From: Octopus sinensis
Taxonomy: Eukaryota
Direction of reading: 5' to 3'
Assembly (NCBI RefSeq): GCF_006345805.1
Contig: NW_021836276.1
Span: 1-24,903 of the forward strand
DNA: 24,903 nucleotides
Shown: positions 21,620-24,903 of the stretch, piece by piece
Position numbering within the stretch: position 1 is the first letter of the stretch
How the letters are laid out: every line of letters begins with the position of its first letter
Made by a program: the position numbers and the translations under genes
The notes under the pieces: generated by a model
The model's input: the letters and a program-made list of their open reading frames with translations, nothing else
Databases searched by the model: none
Told to the model about the DNA's origin: nothing

Positions 21620-22153
21620 TCTTTGTTCAGTTTTATTTCAAAATTTCTTGCCTATAGAGAAAGAGCCGGTTTCTAACCTACATTCCAGGCTCCTTCAATG
21701 GAATTTTAACATCAGGCTATATTTTTGTATATGTGTAGATTTGTATGTTTTACTTTATGTATGTCTTCTCATGCATATATTTGCATCTGTAGACATGTTT
21801 ATATATATATTTAAATGATAAACTTCTGGAAAGTTTTACAGATTTTTACAGTTCCACTGATGGATTGGATTAGTAGTCTTCGAATAAGCTTTCTCCTTTC
21901 TGATTTTCAGAATCCTAATTTCTCGAGTTTGGTATTTTGTTAATGTGTTATATAAGCCTGAACTTGTAATCTGGATAGAATAACTACAGATTTCCTAATA
22001 GTTCATTATATGTACTCTCATTTTTATTGATCTTCACCTCTCTGTTAACTCCCGCTGGCAACTAATTTCCACAACTGTACACAGTTTCTCTTCTCTATCC
22101 CAAATCATTATATCAGGTCAGTTGTGCTTACATTTTATTGAGGTCTTGACTGA
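21620..22153 (-). mobile_element. RLE-type (R4/Dong-like) non-LTR retrotransposon: C-terminal restriction-like endonuclease remnant plus 3' UTR
   Basis: Minus strand reads KCKHN*PDIMIWDREEKLCTVVEISC (PD at 22117-22112), then ELLGNL*LFYPDYKF and KLEKLGF*KSERRKLIRRLLIQSISGTVKICKTFQKFII* (stop 21813-21811). This fits the HNRPD...E/D...K RLE motif and the terminal Q...L.GT..I.R.F helix of RLE-clade ORFs. Confidence 0.8.
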
Positions 22154-22199
22154 TGTATGTAAATTAATTCATAAACCTGCATATATATCTATATCTAAC

Positions 22200-22590
<391 letters not shown>

Positions 22591-22591
22591 A

Positions 22592-22745
22592 GATATACGT
22601 CAGGTCCTTCCAGTTCCAAATCCACTTACAAGTTTTGGGTCTTTGACCAACCCGAAGCTACAGTTGATGGCTTTTTCCAAGGTGTCACCTCTGGGCCGAA
22701 CCCGGATCCATGTAATTAGGAAGTAACACACAGACCAACCTACAC
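22592..22745 (-). mobile_element. 5' half of SINE family B (duplicate of 14615-14780)
   Basis: GTCCTTCCAGTTCCAAATCCACTTACAAG...GAACCCGGATCCATGTAATTAGGAAGTAACACACAG. Confidence 0.8.
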
Positions 22746-22753
22746 TTATATAT

Positions 22754-22810
<57 letters not shown>

Positions 22811-23234
22811 CACCTGTACAAACACGTGTACACACACATCCTCATAAATGTTGTTTATCGATCAAAATGAGAAATACGTCATGGTAAGCTCACAAATAAA
22901 ATGAATATTAAGAATCGTGGGAAAGCTCATTAATTTCAGAGAAGTAACAAGTCCAAGCAAGAAATATCCGAATAGTCATTGGAACTTTGTATATAAACAA
23001 TTTAATCCATTTTCAAGGAATAAATTGGAGATATTAATTAATAATATCCGGCTGCAGACTGCGTTAAACAAACTTGAGTCTAATCAATTTATAGTTTATC
23101 GTGATTTATTTGTTATAAGTATATTTTCTATCTTTCTAAAAATCATTACAGTATAAATATTTTATGCGCTTAAGCAGCCATTTATTCCGCTGAATATAAT
23201 CAGTTAATTTTAAGAATCGATTAGAAGATATTCA

Positions 23235-23648
23235 GGATCTTTTCGGTTTGAACGGCAGTTTTTTCTAGCGGTGTCATATGAAATTGTCACCCATAATTAT
23301 GACCCTAGTATCGATCTATTGCATTTCAATTTGTGTTTTAGGGTTGGGGTGGGAGGAAGGGTATCTTTTTTTCTTCAGAAATGTAATCAAGCCCAATCAG
23401 TTTCTTAAACGAGGGACATATTCATACGGCACAGAATGTGTGTCTTTCCCTCAATAGACGTCATTTATTGGTTGAAATTGCAGAAATTGAAGGAAAAAAC
23501 AACAAATATCTTACAAACTATAGAATTCTCTCAATAAAGCCCAGACAAAAAGATGTTTTATAAACACATTCTACCAGAATACGAGGTTTAAAAGGTTTTT
23601 GTTACGTGGAAATAATTTTTAAAAGTGCCTTTCAAACGGAAAAGATCC
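23235..23648. mobile_element. MITE, longer copy (414 bp), with perfect 8-bp TSD GATATTCA
   Basis: GATATTCA at 23227-23234, element GGATCTTTTCGGTTTGAACGGCA ... TGCCTTTCAAACGGAAAAGATCC, then GATATTCA at 23649-23656. Confidence 0.92.
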
Positions 23649-23734
23649 GATATTCACAATCAGGAACCACGATTATCATTTTATTGAATTTTTAAATAAA
23701 ATCCCAAAGTTTATACATTTTTTTCATCAGTGAA

Positions 23735-24150
23735 TGTGAGTGGCTTAGGGGTCAGGATTTGCATTCACGATCCTCTGAACGTGCGATCGATTCCCAGACA
23801 GGATGGCGTGTTGTATCCTTGAGCAAGGCACAGCATTTCGAGTTGCCCCAGGGCTGTGAAGGGGACTGGCATATCAATGAATAGACACAACGTTTCGTCT
23901 GCGTTTTGTAAACAGAGATTAAAAGGGGGCGAGTTAGCATTTGCACTTTGATCCCGAAAAAACCCTCACTACCAACGACTACCCTACAAGAACCATGGGT
24001 TGGAGGGTTGTCGCCTAAATGATACAAAGGCGTCGTCCGTCAGGGAATCACTCAGAAATGGTGGGTGCAGCGACGCAGGGTGACACAGTATGTTCTCATA
24101 TTACCTATCAAGTAAATGCAAGACAGCCACTTTCATGCACATAGGTACAT
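23735..24150 (+). mobile_element. SINE-like family D (duplicate of 15615-16030)
   Basis: Near-identical to 15615-16030. Confidence 0.5.
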
Positions 24151-24156
24151 ACACTT

Positions 24157-24630
24157 ATGTATGTATGTATGTATGTATGTATGCATGCATGTATGTACGT
24201 ATGTATGTATATATGTATGTATGCATGCATGTATGTACGTATGTATGTATGTATGTATGTATGTATGCATGCATGTATGTACCTATGTATGTATGTATGT
24301 ATGTATGTATGCATGTATGTACGTATGTATGTATGTATGTATGAATGTATTTGTGTATGTATGAATGTATGTATGAATGTATGTATGTGTGTGTATGTAT
24401 GTATGTATGTATTTATGTATGTATGTATGTATGTATGTGTGTGTATGTATGTATGTATTTATGTATGTATGTATGTACGATTGTGTGTATGTATGTGTGT
24501 ATGTTTTTATGTATGTATGTGTGTGTATGTATGTATGTATGTATGTATTTATGTATGTATGTATGTGTGTGTATGTATGTATGTTTGCATGTATGTATGT
24601 ATGTATGAATGTATGTATATGTATGTATGT
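24157..24630. repeat. (TATG)n array, ~475 bp
   Basis: Directly visible. Confidence 0.97.
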
Positions 24631-24903
24631 TTGTTTTCTAACCTAGATTCAAGACTCCTTCATTGGAATTTAAACATCAGGGTAGTTTTTATGTATATGT
24701 GTAGATTTGTATGTTTTACTTTATGTACGTCTTCTCATGCATATAGTTGCATATTTAGACATGTTTATATATATATATTTAAATGATAAACTTCTGGAAA
24801 GTTTTACAGATTTTTACAGTTCCACTGATGGGTTGGATTAGTAGTCTTCGAATTAGTTTTCTCCTTTCTGGTTTTCAGAAGCCTAATTTCTCAAGGTTGG
24901 TAT
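24631..24903 (-). mobile_element. RLE-type element 3' region lacking the last ~45 bp; continues past the window end
   Basis: TTTCTAACCTAGATTCAAGACTCCTTCATTGGAATTT...ACAGTTCCACTGATGG...TAATTTCTCAAGGTTGGTAT is collinear with 21670-21935. Confidence 0.88.

Noticed and set aside
15971-21818. Dozens of long ORFs of the [14 protein letters not shown] type (also 5849-6168, 6707-7088, 14158-14652, 22195-22625, 24090-24786)
   Set aside because: They are translations of TATG, CATA, TA and GATA microsatellites, which lack stops in several frames. They are not genes.
22917-23156. 79-aa ORF in the duplicated unique segment, and a nearby ATG|GTAAGC donor-like site
   Set aside because: The sister copy (14910-15150) has indels that break the frame, it starts with GTG, and no domain is recognised.

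Overview
Eukaryotic, very AT- and microsatellite-rich, repeat-dense DNA. The tRNA-derived SINE families look like those I recognise from octopus, so a coleoid cephalopod origin is inferred but not verified. I found no intact protein-coding gene. Nearly all long ORFs in the track are translations of (TATG)n, (TA)n or (CA)n. The window holds about 11 SINE copies or fragments, two RTE-clade LINE remnants, two Penelope-like remnants (RT and GIY-YIG), a TIR-bounded MITE with an 8-bp TSD present in two copies, and five 3' ends of an RLE-type (R4/Dong-like) non-LTR retrotransposon whose junctions lie in (TACA)n. Structural features are a 64-bp-perfect long inverted repeat, a tandem segmental duplication with an ~8 kb offset, and an inverted paralogous block. 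Two damaged minus-strand coding-like exons were found by hand. One (11980-~13005) is Ser/Thr/Lys-rich with a 14-aa repeat minisatellite. The other (5467-5792) has a hydrophobic signal/TM segment followed by a PAN/apple-like Cys pattern. All alignments and translations were done by eye and family assignments need database confirmation.
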